From assembly GCA_965153455.1 (NCBI GenBank), contig OZ234494.1, positions 6,076,001 to 6,140,000 of the forward strand: a stretch of DNA of 64,000 nt. Reading direction: 5' to 3'. The notes beneath the pieces are model-generated. The model searched no databases. It saw nothing but the letters and a program-made list of their open reading frames with translations, and was not told the origin of the DNA. This DNA is from Sphagnum compactum (lineage: Eukaryota). Position numbers and translations under genes: made by a program. Of the stretch, positions 23,701 to 36,721 are shown piece by piece (position 1 is the stretch's first letter; each line of letters opens with the position of its first letter).

Positions 23701-26700
23701 ATCAAATTATGGATGAATTTCAATATGTTTGTATGTTGTTTCATCCATTATATAGTACCTACCATAATTGTATGGGCATTTGTGACTAACCATGCAATTA
23801 TCTTAGTGACATTCAAGATCACATCACATGTTACTCCCTAGATGTGACAAGTGACAATTGTTAAACTGATTCTTTTTTCAAAATTTCAAAATTAATAAAT
23901 AAATTAGACTTAATCCAAGTTGTTGGTTTTTAAATTTACATTATTTCAATTGTGCAGCTAAGAGTTGCCCATGTTTTAGGGCAATTGATTAATGGGATAA
24001 TACCATGTGGCATGTTAATAATATTTGACTATTTATTTTATTTTAAAATCCAAATATATCTCATCCATCCAATAAGTGATGTTTTCAATTTACACATGTG
24101 ACACAACATTTTGGTGTCATGTGGCAATTAATGAATAGTACAAGTGATTTACGTACTTATTTACTTAATCAAATACCTACCTACCTACCTACCTACCTAC
24201 CTACCCAAGTTAGATATTTACTTAGGTAAGTAAATATGTTAATTAAGGTAGTAAATAAGTTAAGGGTAGGTACATAAATATTTTTTATTTCATTTTGGGT
24301 TAAGCCTTTTTTTATTAGATCATCCCCTAAGCCCATGTTTTTAAATATGAATATGTAAGAGTAAACACCTTTTTATATAATTTTCAAAATGGGAATGGAA
24401 GACAAAACATATGGGATAAATTTTGAAGTCACAAACTAAGTTGTCACTACAAAGTTTTGTTGCAAACTACTTGTAATTAAAAGGTTTATGCCATATCTTT
24501 CATTTTCATTTTTACCTTTATAAATTATGTAATTAACTAGGTAAGTGGATAATCAACTAGCTAATTAATTATTTACATTAATAATTCGTCAATAATTTTT
24601 AATTACATGATTATATAATTAACTAACTAATTATATTATAATAATATATTAAATAATTTTATTACTATATAGAATTTTAAATATTTATTTCTTATTATCT
24701 ATTAATTATATTTTTAACAATATTTTTTTATCCTAGTAATATTAGTATTGTAATTACTATATTTAATAAAAACATAGTAATAATTATTGTAAATAGAATA
24801 TTAACATATTAATGAATTATAGTTTTTTATATTTAAATGAATTATTATTTTAAATAATAATTCAAATAAATAACTATTATTATCAATATAATTGAATTAA
24901 TATTAAAACTAAAAGGTAGCTTAATGAGGCTAGCTATAATATTATTATTAAACTTTTTATTATGTCACTTGTTATAGGTGTTATAAACTATATTAATCAT
25001 TATTTAATAATAATAATAATAACCAAAAAATAATTATTTGTGTAAATATAATAAACCTTGGATAAGCTTGTAATATGGCTTTCGTGTGTTCTTTGTATAT
25101 TTTAAATACAACTTTAATAATCACAAGATATACATATATACATTTATCTTTGATTGATGTATTGTCACCTTTACATATATTTTAATGTGAAGCTAATATA
25201 TTTCAATAGCTTTTCAAACCAAGCTTAAGTGAACAGTAAAAACGACACTAAGATATATCCTAATGGATGTAGAATAAATAATGTATACATACGGCCTACT
25301 ACACATAATTATTAGTTATCATAACATAAAACACATAATTTACCTTATACAAAAATACACACATACATAATTTAATGTATAAACAATTAGTGGTTATCAT
25401 TTTTTGGTCACTTTTGCAACTAATGGGTCATACGAAGGCCTTTTAGGATGAAAGTATTGCAAAAAATCATCCCATTGAAAGAATGAAAAAACTAGTAGTT
25501 GCAACATAGTTGCAAATGTGATCAAAAAATGTGTAATGTGATTTCTAATTGCAAAAATAACCAAGGTTAGTTACAAGATATAATTAATCACATATAATTA
25601 CAAATTAATTGGTTACATTTTGGCCTTTTCTTACTCACTAATTATATTCATGAAAAAACTACCAAAAATCATGGGCCTAAATTTCTTCAAGTTATTTCAA
25701 GCTTAAACATTGTTGTTGTTTTGTTTAAAAGCAAGTTTTCAACTACTTAGACCCAAAGCAAAATGATGACCTTGAAAAGATAAATACTTTTCTGAACTTA
25801 CATAAGCAATATTACAAATAAACTTTTCATTTTTCTTATGAAGACAAAGATATTTGAGCCCATTTGCAGTGCAAGATTTGCAAGGTGATTTTCACATTTT
25901 AGCCATAATTTGTGTTAAAGAAAAGGGATGAAGTCTTTATAGATTTGATAATAATTAATGTATAACAATGCAAATGCATAAAATGATTGAATGGGTTATG
26001 CCACGTATATTGTCAAAATAAGTTAAAGTTCCAAATGTTAATTAATGCAACGGGATTTTAATGCATAAATGAAATCATAGTTACGTTATAAAACACATTT
26101 ATGAATGATATTGAAATTTAACTTTGTTTCCACATTTTTTTCATTTTTCACTACAACAAAAGGTGTTCTTGTACGCTAAGTGATTTCATTGGATTTAAAA
26201 TGAATTCATTGGTTGCAGTGAACAACGACAAGTGAAGAAATAATTATTTCATTGGTCTAGTGAACGGGGACTAATGAATTGCACCCACATTTTGTAATAG
26301 TGTTTGAATTCTTTTGCCATTCATATTACATCCATCATATATGTTTTGAAATAAAAAGTTTAGCATACAAATTTATTTCCATAAATAACTTCCAATATCA
26401 ACTTGCATTTGATCAAACACATGAAAATTGATCTAACTTGGGTGTCTTCCAATATAAATTGTTTCAAATTTAGTTTTAGAGAATTTTTTAATTTTTAAGA
26501 AATATTAATTGGAAAATATTTTCATGGGTGATGTTTCTTGTGCTTGTTGTTTAGTAACATGGTTTGATTTTTCAATTTTTGTATATCCTTTGTGCATTAG
26601 ACTCCAAACAAAATCAATAACAAAGAGCATAAAATTCGTCTAATTTTTTAGTGTTACTCTTGTGCATAATAAAGATATATGCAAAGCTTAGCAAATTCAA

Positions 26701-28659
26701 GAGCACAACTGTGAGTTTGTCCAAAACTAACAATGATGACGAACACCCATGATGTGAGTGCACCTCCTATGTTACATCTTTTACAAATTTACACTGAAGG
26801 TTGTATGGTGTGTGGGCATTGAGTGTATTTATGTTAGGGAGCAAATGGTGAAGCTTTATTTATTCATATATTTTGTTGGGGGGAGGAAGATGTGAAGCTT
26901 TATGTTTTATTTCTGCTTGTGTTGAGTTTTGCTTAATGTCAATGTTAGGGAAAGCAAGATGCAACATTTTTGTGTTGTATTTTTGCTTACATTGTGGTTT
27001 TGGTTGTTTTGTGTTTCTGTTAAGGAAAGTGAGAGACAATGCCCAACATCATGGGTTTGTTAACCATAGAGCTCATTAGATTGTGTTATCAAATATGGGC
27101 TTATAAATGTGAGAAGATTATTAATTATAGAAAAATATTGTTTTTCATTTTGGAAGTAAATGTGGGTATGGCCATGGCCATGCAAAAGACTAAGGGGTGT
27201 CAACAAACCAAAGAGCATACTTGAAGCATACACCACTATGATTAATGTGGCAAGATTAAACTGTGAAGGATATGTTTATATGTATTTTTATTGTTAAGCT
27301 ATTTTCTTCTTCTTTCATATCTCCAATTGCTTCTCTCATATCTCCAATTGTTTCTTTGATGTCTTTAAAACTAAGACTCCATCAAGTTACGAAGTCTTGA
27401 AAAAGATAAAATGTTCAAGCTTTAAACACTTACACAAAACTATCCCAACGTTCCAAGTTTGTTTCTCTTGAGAACATATAAACACACATAGATAGAAACA
27501 TAAAAACAAATATGGAAAATGATTTCCCACATACTTCCATAATTAACAAGGACATATATAGATAATTGAATTATATTTGGTTGTGCATGACCATCATTGT
27601 TTGGTTTTCAACAACATGCATTGGTTTGCTCAAAGCTTTTGAAATTGATGTGTGAACCTTCATGTTTTTGTTGTTGGTGGATGATCTGACACAATTGAAA
27701 GAATTAACTTATGTCGAGAATATTTGTTTAACAAATCAATTTGACTTTTTGCATAATAATATGTAAGTTTTGGTAGTGTGAAAGTTATGGCATGTAAATG
27801 ACAACACGATTATGCTTATTGCACATCATAGTTTGGGGATGTGATTGATTGTCTTCTTCCATCTTCTTTTACAAACAATTTTGTTATTGTATCACATGGC
27901 CACCACAAATTGTTACATTTCTGGTGACTTCTCTTTCTACATACTTTAGGAAGATATTAAAACTACAATTTATATGTCAAGACCATGGATTTAGAAGCCC
28001 CATGGAATATATGATATTCGTAGTTACGAGCTTTTTGAACATTACAATCATTTCAATCATCTAATCAATAAAATCTTTCATAAGGTGATCATCTAGAAAC
28101 TTCATAATTTAAAAAACTAAAAAAAAATCGTGATTATGTAATAAAATCTTTTTTAAAATTTATAAAACCATCAACAAATGAAAATATTTTTAAAAATGTA
28201 CTAGCCAAAATGAAATAGTTCAATAGTCTTCAACTTGTACTTGAACGTACACCATATTTTTATTATAATCAATTTTTTTGAAAAAATTAAATCAAATATT
28301 TTTGAATATGATATCTTAAATCACCATATATTTGATCTTGGTTTCAAAAACAGATGGGTTAACAAACGTTTAAGACGACTCTTATTGGAATGGTTTTTAT
28401 TTAAGAAGCTACATTATCACACTAAACATTTCTAATGTTTTTTTTAATAGAAAACAATTCCATGTTTAAATTAAAAAAAGAAACATGTTTTTTTTTTTTT
28501 TAAAGAAAAAAATTGCTTAAAAAATTTGTGAAGATTGTTGAAACTAATGCTTTCATGTGGTTGATAAGGTGCCCGCCAAATGCACTTGGAAATTTCTTTG
28601 AATTCTTTAAGGTTGGGAAATTTTGAGGATTACAAGGGAACTACTCCATGTAATGACTC

Positions 28660-28895
28660 AATTAAAATGAAATTCCCTGAAAGGATTTGTCATAATTCGA
28701 CCCTTTTACTTTCATAATTAAAATGAAATTCCCTGAAATTAATTATAAAACTTATAATTAATAATAATTATAACTTATAATGAAAGAAAATTAATACTTA
28801 TGAAAATAATTTTTCTCATTTTAATCCTTTCAGGGAATTTCATTTTAATTCATTATAAGTTTTAAAATGAAATTAATTCCCTGAAAGGATTTGTT
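28660..28895. repeat. Cluster of direct and inverted ~25-30 bp repeats (TTAAAATGAAATTCCCTGAAAGGAT)
   Basis: Direct copies at ~28662, ~28718 and ~28862; reverse-complement copy ATCCTTTCAGGGAATTTCATTTTAA at ~28824. Confidence 0.85.
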
Positions 28896-29811
28896 TCCAG
28901 GAAAAAACTTATAATGCCATAATTACACCTCAGAAAATTCACCCTAGGAAATGATGCCAAAGGCTTTTTGCATGTAGGGTAAGGGACCCACTAGGTTTTG
29001 GGAGGGCCGGGTTGTGGCTTCACAAGTTTGAGCCCTTGTGAACCAGGGACCAAGGGCAAGAACCATGTGAGGGCTGAGCATTTGAGTCCCTTATGAAAGA
29101 ATTTGGAACATTTTTGAAAGGGTCACTGAGTTGCACCTCTAAGAACTGAACTGCTCTAGCAAGGGTCGCACCTTATGGTGACCTGTGTTATAGGACCAGA
29201 TACCCGAGGTGGTCCTGTGGGCTTGTTGGCTTCGGCCCTACTGTAGGACCCTGTGACCTAGACCTCCTCGGGTGCCACAAAGGGCCTTCTCGCAGACTAT
29301 GCCGCCCGCGGTCGACCGCGCTGACAGAGCACAACCGTGCGGTCAGAGGGCAGGGGGCAGGAAGAGCTTCGCGGAGAGCGAGCGAGCGAGCGAGCGAGCT
29401 TGCTGCGCGGAGGGAGGTCGAGTGTTGTCGCAATGGGAGTGTGCAAACAAGCTGGAATGAATTTCTCGTCTGGCAATAATGGCGCAGTCTTGTTCGCTTC
29501 CGTGACCGGCCAGATGATTGCAGTTCCTGTTTTGATTTCATCTCCTGGGTCGCGCAGTGACTGCTGCGATCCATGCTTTCCAAGATCGTTTGTTGCCTCC
29601 TTTGGCCAGCGACGATGATCGTCTGGCTGGCTGCGGAACAGTGATTCTGCGGCCAGCAGAAGAAGATGAAGGTGAAGCTGATGATGATGAAGGAATTGAT
29701 TACGTAGGAAAGGAGGAGGAGGAGGAGGCAGCGACACAAGAGTGGTTGGGTGGGTGGGTGGAAGGGAAGTGGGAGGAGGGGGTGATTGGGGTCTTTCTTT
29801 ACCGGGCAGGG

Positions 29812-31392
29812 ATGCACTCTGTAGTGCAAGAACCAAGGGATAGAGAGGGATTGGTGAGTGGCAGAGGAGATGGGTTTGGCACATCCTGGGCGGGAGGAGA
29901 ACCGTTTGGACCTCATCACATCCGGAGAGATGGGGCGGGCAGCATCGCGCGCCAGGCGATGGGACAGCAGCAGCGGCAACAACGACAGCACCACAGGAAG
30001 CGTCCGGAGCCTCTAAGACGAGCTGTGGCGGACTGTCTTTCCGCCTCTCATCATCATACCTCCACGTCTTTGTTCCCATCCGAAGCTGTGCGGACTCTTC
30101 AGGTACCCAATAACTTCTCCAAAACCTTAGCTGCTGATCTCCCTATCAAAGAGGTCTAGCTGCACTTCCCGTCGCTTCTCGTTGAGCTCCCTCCCTGATT
30201 TCAGAACAGCTTGTATCCAATCCAAGTTGTTGTTGTTGTTGTTGTTGTTGTTTGGTGCCTTGTGGGTCTGAGGAAATTGCACTCTGAAGAAAATGCAATC
30301 TCATATTCATGCTTTCAAGCAAGGCTTTTGAGATCTTGTACAATTTTCAAATAGTACCCTAAACTTTGCTTCACAAGATTCTCAGAATTGCATCTGGTTT
30401 GAACCACTTTCCTTTGGAACTTGGAGAATTTGCCCTGGAAAGAGTTCTAGCTTTTAGATCAACAACTTGTCCCAGTGGATACTGTAATTGGGTTCCAGTC
30501 AGGGGGAGCTGGCTCTGGTCATGGGGAGCAGTTTTGCTTCTTGTAGAGAAAGCCTGAAACATGACGTTGCATCAAATGCCAGGTGGGTCAGTTCTCTGAC
30601 ATGTGTTGTTGTGCTCCACTCCCTGGTGGTGGTGCCTTTGGTTTGGTGGGCAGGACTACCTTGTGAATTCTGTGACTGTGGATTTGGCATACTGTGTACT
30701 GATTGACCATGCACTTGCAGAGAGAGACCGTAGGTAGGTATGAAAACCTTATCAGTGAATTTGCAGGTTTGTTGGGTTTGTCATTCTTTGCTTGCTTTCT
30801 CTCTGGCCCTGGGAATATTCTGTTGTACTTGGTTTTGTCTCTATGGGTAAAATTGTTGCTCCAGCCAGTCCTTGATTCCCAGTGGTATTCTTTCTGAACA
30901 GTCCACCAGGCATCACCAGTGTGTTGCTCTACTCAAGAAATACCACTTCAGGTAAGCCGGCCTCCACACTGTGACTGTGTCTGATTGTCCTCGTCCCCTG
31001 GGGTTTATCTTCTTGCTCCTGTACAGTTTGTTGTGAACCCAGCAGTTGTCAACAGATGGAGAAGCCTCAAATGTGAAGTCCAGTATACCTGTTCTTGAAA
31101 CTGGGTGATAAATTGAAATAAAATTGGAGAGCAGAACATGTTGCTTCATGAAGAATTGTGTGGATGTGTGACTGTGGATCCTGCGTTTCTGAGCAACTGG
31201 CTGGCTGACAGATACGTACCAAGACCTTCAACATTGCAGCAGATTGATGTGTTCTGTGTGGGTCTCATTTTGGAGTGCAATACTGCTGCTCAAGGTGATG
31301 CCTTCAGAAAGAGCACACCCTGGGCTCAACCTGCTGCTAATGAGGCGGGTGCGATGACTGGATGTGAGAGCAGAAAAGGCTCTCACTCATAA
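29812..31392 (+). pseudogene. Truncated, frameshifted copy of the N-terminus of a conserved uncharacterised plant protein (Arabidopsis AT3G12590-like)
   Basis: Exons 29812(or 29959)-30102, 30654-30733, 30902-30951, 31212-31392 give RKRPEPLRRAVADCLS...PSEAVRTLQ DYLVNSVTVDLAYCVLIDHALAERDRS PPGIT/CVALLKKYHFR YVPRPSTLQQIDVFCVGLILEC, matching from memory KKPPEPLRRAVADCLS...DYL...EHTIAERDRSPAVV.RCVALLKRY..RYKP..ETLLQVDKFC..LIAEC. Exon 3 is 50 nt (1-nt deletion); no downstream exons recognised. Confidence 0.75.
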
Positions 31393-31825
31393 GCATTTTG
31401 TAAATTGGCTCCCAAGTACAAGCATACTAGTGCTCCTCCACATATCCCTATTTCTTTTATTCATCACCACAAGAAGTCATTTCTGGGTCTTCTGAGATAT
31501 CAGCTCTGCAAGCTGGTATGTCCACAATCTTTTGAGTTCATCCAGCTCATGCCATGAAAAATGGGTTGGGCTGGAGGGATTTGTTTGGGGTGAGCAAGGT
31601 TATTGTATGAGTTTATTTGCACAGAATCGTAGTTGAAGTTGGTAGAATTGTCAAAGATATGTATTGACATAGAATGTTGTGCTGCCCACAGGCAATTGAT
31701 TGGAGAAGATTGCATCTGCTTTCCTGGGAATGGACACAGGTGGTCTGCAGATTGAAAAGTATGGTAATCATGAAAGCAATATATCTCCAGTGGTGCACCA
31801 GATTTAGTGGTTCTGCAATTACAGG

Positions 31826-32610
31826 TGAGAAATTCTGTTGAGCTAAATATATCCATCAGAAGGGGTGTATAAACATGCAATAATCTACTAACTGTGCTTC
31901 TGGCTTTGAAGAGTCCAGGGTAAGTTGGCACCATTTTCTTAATGTATGGTTGGTTCCCTTTCCATGTAGAATTTATTTTTTCTTTGTAGGTTTAGTCTCT
32001 TCATAGTGAGTTCCAGGCCTTTCTGCCTCACCACTCTGGGGCACATTCTACAGGAATCCTTTTCTACTGTAAAGTAAATGAAGCTAGGGGTGTAGAAAGC
32101 CAATTTGGTGGATTAAAAAGTCTTCAGTTGCTCCGGAAGACTGTTCTTTAGGAAATAGCCCATTTTTCACGGCTTCTGGGAAGTATGGATTTATGCTTCA
32201 GACCTATCTATCCTCTTGAAGAGGTGAAATAATATGTGGGAATAATTTCCAGCACATTTATTGACTTTTGGTTTATGAATTTTAATTTGGGGTTGAGGGT
32301 GCATTTGGTTGCTCATGCTGGTGAGCTATCAATGTCAGGAGGAGTGAAATAAAGAACCTGAAGGATAGCATGTAGGCAGTCTGTTCAGAGTTAGGGTTCC
32401 AGGAAAGTGCTACCCTGTCCATTATCAACACCATTGCAGTTGGGACCTGACATGATATTTTCTTGCAGGAATGGTTGAGGTACCTGTTCTACAGGACTTT
32501 GTTTTATCAGAAATTGATGATCAGGTGTGAAAGACTCTGCTTTCAGTGCATTAATATCTGTTGTTTCATCACACTACAGGGTGCATGCTTACTAAAACTG
32601 GTGAAGTGGG
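31826..32610 (+). pseudogene. Possible decayed exons of an unidentified gene
   Basis: AG/GT-bounded blocks translating to VRNSVELNISIRRGV*TCNNLLTVLLALKSP, ILFYCKVNEARGVESQFGGLKSLQLLRKTVL*EIAHFSRLLGSMDLCFRPIYPLEE, MVEVPVLQDFVLSEIDDQ and GACLLKLVKW; the single stops could be CAA>TAA and CAG>TAG; family not recognised and phases do not join cleanly. Confidence 0.3.
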
Positions 32611-33764
32611 TACATATGGCTTGGAGACTCGAGGATTCAAGACTATTTTTTATGAGTTTAAAGTTTATATCTAATTCTCATTGCTTTTTATCCATTTCAT
32701 CATTACAGAATTTGGTATTTAGCAACTGCCAGTTTTTGTCAAAGCAATTTAGGAGCTGAATTTCTTGGCATCTGTCTGCATTTGTTCCATTAAGTTTGTG
32801 CTGTGTGTATATACAGGCCTGCTTAGTTCTAAGTGTTTCTATCAAGAGTTATATATCGATTGTCTGCAGAGTGCTAGGGGAAATGGCTGTATACATAATG
32901 CAAGAAATCATGGCTTCTGGAGTAGTAATGAAAAGGACATTTGATGTGAGAAACAAAGATGGCTAGTGGGGTCAGAATGGTAGAGAGTTGCTGGAAATCC
33001 ATCTTGTTTTAATCTCTTTGTGGGTATGGTCACATTGATAGAGAATTGCTTCAAAGTTGGTAATGACCCATTGTTCACTGGACTGGCAGGCTTGTATCAT
33101 CTTCTTTCTGGTTTTCATGCAATGTTCAGTGGAGGGTATCAAACTCCTTGCAACTATTTATTCAATCTCTAGTAAGTATTTGGTTCTTTCTCTGACTCAT
33201 CTCTTGCAAGTGCCTTTCTGTTTGGGTTCCTTCTGCACTCCAAAGTAGTGTACTGACAGACTAGTTCATAAATGCTCCATAACAGAGTCTTAGAATGCAC
33301 TTGGGTATTGGGGAGGAGACCACCATTGCAAACATCCTCCTCCAACCAATTCCTCCCGATTTATTATGTTCACCAAGTTGTGACTAGTGGGCTTTCGATC
33401 CTCTGTTTCCCTTGGAAAATCAAACCTTTAATCCCAGAGGAAAATACAGTTGCAGTACTTGTCTTGTGGTTGCATGTAGAAAATTATACCCAAACAATTG
33501 TTTGTGTATAATTTTTGAGTGGGAAAATATTTCAACCACATTTTTCATTACCAAACTGTTCATCAGTCTTGTCAATGGTGTTGGGAAGATGGAATTTCTG
33601 ACATGAAGTGGAATAAGTTATTTTTGGAAAACCTAAAATTGAAGTTAGAAGAAGACCTAGTACAAGAAGCAAGGAATTGAACAAAAGAACCGAAGTTTGT
33701 TTTTATTCTGTGAATTTGGAAATCATACCAAAGACAAAAGTACCCTCCATCAAATCTCCTGATT

Positions 33765-34131
33765 CTATTTGTCTCTAAGTTTCTTAAATGCTTCCTTAGC
33801 TCTAGCCACAGCTTTCATCACTGGAGGAGCACCATCTGCCACTCCATTGGCTCCAAGCTCAATGTTCCTTTTCATCATTAGATCGGAGATGGTGCCAAGC
33901 CTTCCCAATGCTTGATTTAAGTTCTCCTTGATCACTGCCTTCATTTCACCATCAGCAAATGTAACCGGCTGCAGCAGTGGTGGTGGCACTGGCAACTTCC
34001 CCTTCTTGCATTTTATTGTTTGAGACCTAGAGTTGCAAGATGCTGCCAATGCCTCCACTGCCTCCTTGCTGCTTGTTCCATTCAACATATTTGTGTCTAA
34101 ATACTTACCATGTAAAGTAAGATAGCTGCAT
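33765..34131 (-). other. Orphan terminal-exon-like coding segment (~120 aa), unidentified
   Basis: Acceptor TTGCAG just above 34131, then open frame CSYLTLHGKYLDTNMLNGTSSKEAVEALAASC...KGKLPVPPP...AVARAKEAFKKLRDK* with protein-like composition; no upstream exon recognised. Confidence 0.4.
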
Positions 34132-34899
34132 CTGCAATGGATTCCCTTTGTTTTTTCCCCCCAATAAAATCATATATACATATATAAACATATGTGTATA
34201 TTTGATTTTTCATAAGAAGGTTTCCCCTACAAGCTATCTCCAGCATGAAGACAAGAGAAGGTCCTTAGGGTTGTGGGTGGTGTGGTGAAACGGTTTGGGA
34301 AGCTCTGGAAGAAATGGTTGAGTTTGGCTAGGAGTCTTTTCTTCATTGGCCTATAGATTTATATTTTGGTTACTTGCCTCTTGGGTATTTATTAATTAAT
34401 TAATAGTGTTGTAATAAAGTTCCAAATGAAGAAAGAGAGAAAGAAAAAAGAAAGAAAGAAAGACAAGATAAGAATGAAACTAACTAATTGGGGAAATACT
34501 TTAAAGCTTTGGAACATCTTGTGCAACCACCCAACTCTAGTGTTGTGCTCTCTCTCTCTCTCCCTCTCTCTCTCTCAATAAATCATCAACACCCTTTTGA
34601 ATGCCTAATTTCATGGGTTTCATGGATGAGGAATTTGCTTCGTAAATGATGTCATGATTTTCATCCACAAAGGGACAAGTGGTTATGGATAATATAATTG
34701 TAAGTTACCATTTGTAGCATTAGATAGTAATTTATTTAGTAGATTTGTGTCTATTATTTCATCCACAATTTTTGTAGTTATAATTTTCAGTTCTGTCTGT
34801 TTTTCGTCCAGTGAAAAAAAGAAAAAAAAAGGGGGGGGGGATTATGGTATTAACAAATGGCTCTGTGTGGATGATTTTAGGTCTCAAAAAAAGCTCCAC

Positions 34900-35160
34900 A
34901 CGGATGGATGCTTGGATTACTGTCTTAACAATTACTCTCCATGGATGGATCCCTAGATTATGGTCGTAACACTGGCTCTGCATGGATGGATGTTTGGATT
35001 ACAAGGTTAACAATGGCTTTTGCAGATGGATGCTTTGATTACGCCTTCACAATGGATGCTGTGCAGATGGATGCTTGGATTACGGTGTTCAAAATGGCTC
35101 TACACAGATGGATGCCTGGATCACTTTGCTAATAAGGCTCTGCATGGATGGATTCTTGGA
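34900..35160. repeat. Degenerate tandem array, ~40-bp units with GATGGATGCTTGGATTAC core
   Basis: Core recurs about seven times between 34903 and 35160. Confidence 0.8.
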
Positions 35161-36721
35161 GCACGCTCGCCTACCCACAACCTCATCAATATTAATCCAA
35201 GTGGCACAAAGCAAGTCATGCAAGGAGATGAGTGACAAACTTTCTTGTCTAGTTCAATAGTTTTGCAGGTTCCTTGTCCTCGTGGTGGCATCTAACCATG
35301 GAAACCCATGCAAGAAACTATTTTCTTCTTGAATTTGATAGTGTGTTTGTGGAGCTTTCTTTCCATTGTAACATTTATTTCACTTTCATTATGTTGCAGG
35401 ATATATATATATATATATAACATACTAATTGCTACTTCACAAACAAAACAATCAACATTTATATCTTTTTGTGAATATGGTGTTGAAAAATAAATTAAAA
35501 AATTAAGACACAAATTTGAAAATATATCTTTCCATGCTTCTTTGCTTAAAAATGAGTCAACAAATCTCATTTTGGAACTATCCAATATATTATGTGATTA
35601 CAACTCATGAGAATTAAAGTTTGTGTTACCTAAACTAGCTCCATGAATGAATCATCATGATCATTGGAATTACATTATTAGAAGAGTTCAAAGGTCAATT
35701 ATGTTGGTCACTTGAATCAACATAATCATTTTTAAAAGTTTGATTACATTGTCCATTATGTGATCATGGGGGTGAAGCTTTGTACACACCCAAACGGGTT
35801 TTGTTGCTTACCTATCTCATGATTAATTTGTCCATTATAATGCCCATGGTGATATATAGACATGGCATAGCCAAAGATAATTGTTGTCCATATCAGTCAT
35901 AGCCATGTATGCCATGACCTTGGCACGGGCGAGAAAGTGTTTATAAAAATGACATTTGAATCATCAACTATTCAAATCTCTACACTTGAAAAGAGTTTTG
36001 AGTAATCGATGATTCAATAATCAATCCACTCATATGTAACCAGTTGGACACTTGAGAAAATCAATTATTGCAAGCAGATAAGCAGAAGATAATCAGCCTT
36101 TGAAATGCCCTATTGAAAGAATACAACATTGCCTGCTTCAAATAACTGGAACTTGTGTGAGGATGTACAGCACTCATAATCCGGCTCAGGTTCTGGTTCC
36201 ACCAGAAGGATAGTTCCATGGTGTAGGGTCTGCTTCCAGTGAGAAGGCTAGTAGCACAGTTTGGTTCTGGTTTCAGCGGTTGGATACACCTCCAATCAGA
36301 TACAGTCTCAAGTCTGTTGTCAGCAAGTATGTAAGTGGGTGAGTATCATAGTTAGTTAGTTAATGTAAGTGTTCATAATGAGTATATGTACGAAGGTAGA
36401 GCACTACCTACCTACAAAGTTAGTAGCTACATGTAGATGGTCTTTCTGGTACATCCATGTGCTTGGCCTTCCCACCAAGATGGACAACAAGAGCAATGAC
36501 GGGGCTCATCCGAGACATGTCAAATTACATTTCAAAAGGAAAGCTTTGCTTGTCAAATTGAAATCCAATACCATACTGAGAGGAAACCCACTCAGTGCCT
36601 GTTGAAGTATTGAAGAAATCTTCACCTAATGTCCTGCAATTTTCAGTTGCGGATTGAGCTTTAAACCAAACTGTTACGAGGACAGGGATATCTACTTTAT
36701 GAACAGAAAAGACTGACACCA

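Noticed and set aside
23570-25520. Possible fold-back element with TTGCAACTA-type inverted ends
   Set aside because: Similarity is short and AT-rich; no boundaries or TSD could be defined.
29188-30079. Long minus-strand ORFs of 268 and 260 aa
   Set aside because: Antisense shadows of a GC-rich leader and first exon; the recognisable homology is on the + strand.
29250-34500. Conserved miRNA precursor
   Set aside because: By eye I found no match to conserved land-plant miRNAs (156, 160, 166, 171, 319, 390, 408, 529, 535, 536) and no long hairpin; the scan was not exhaustive.
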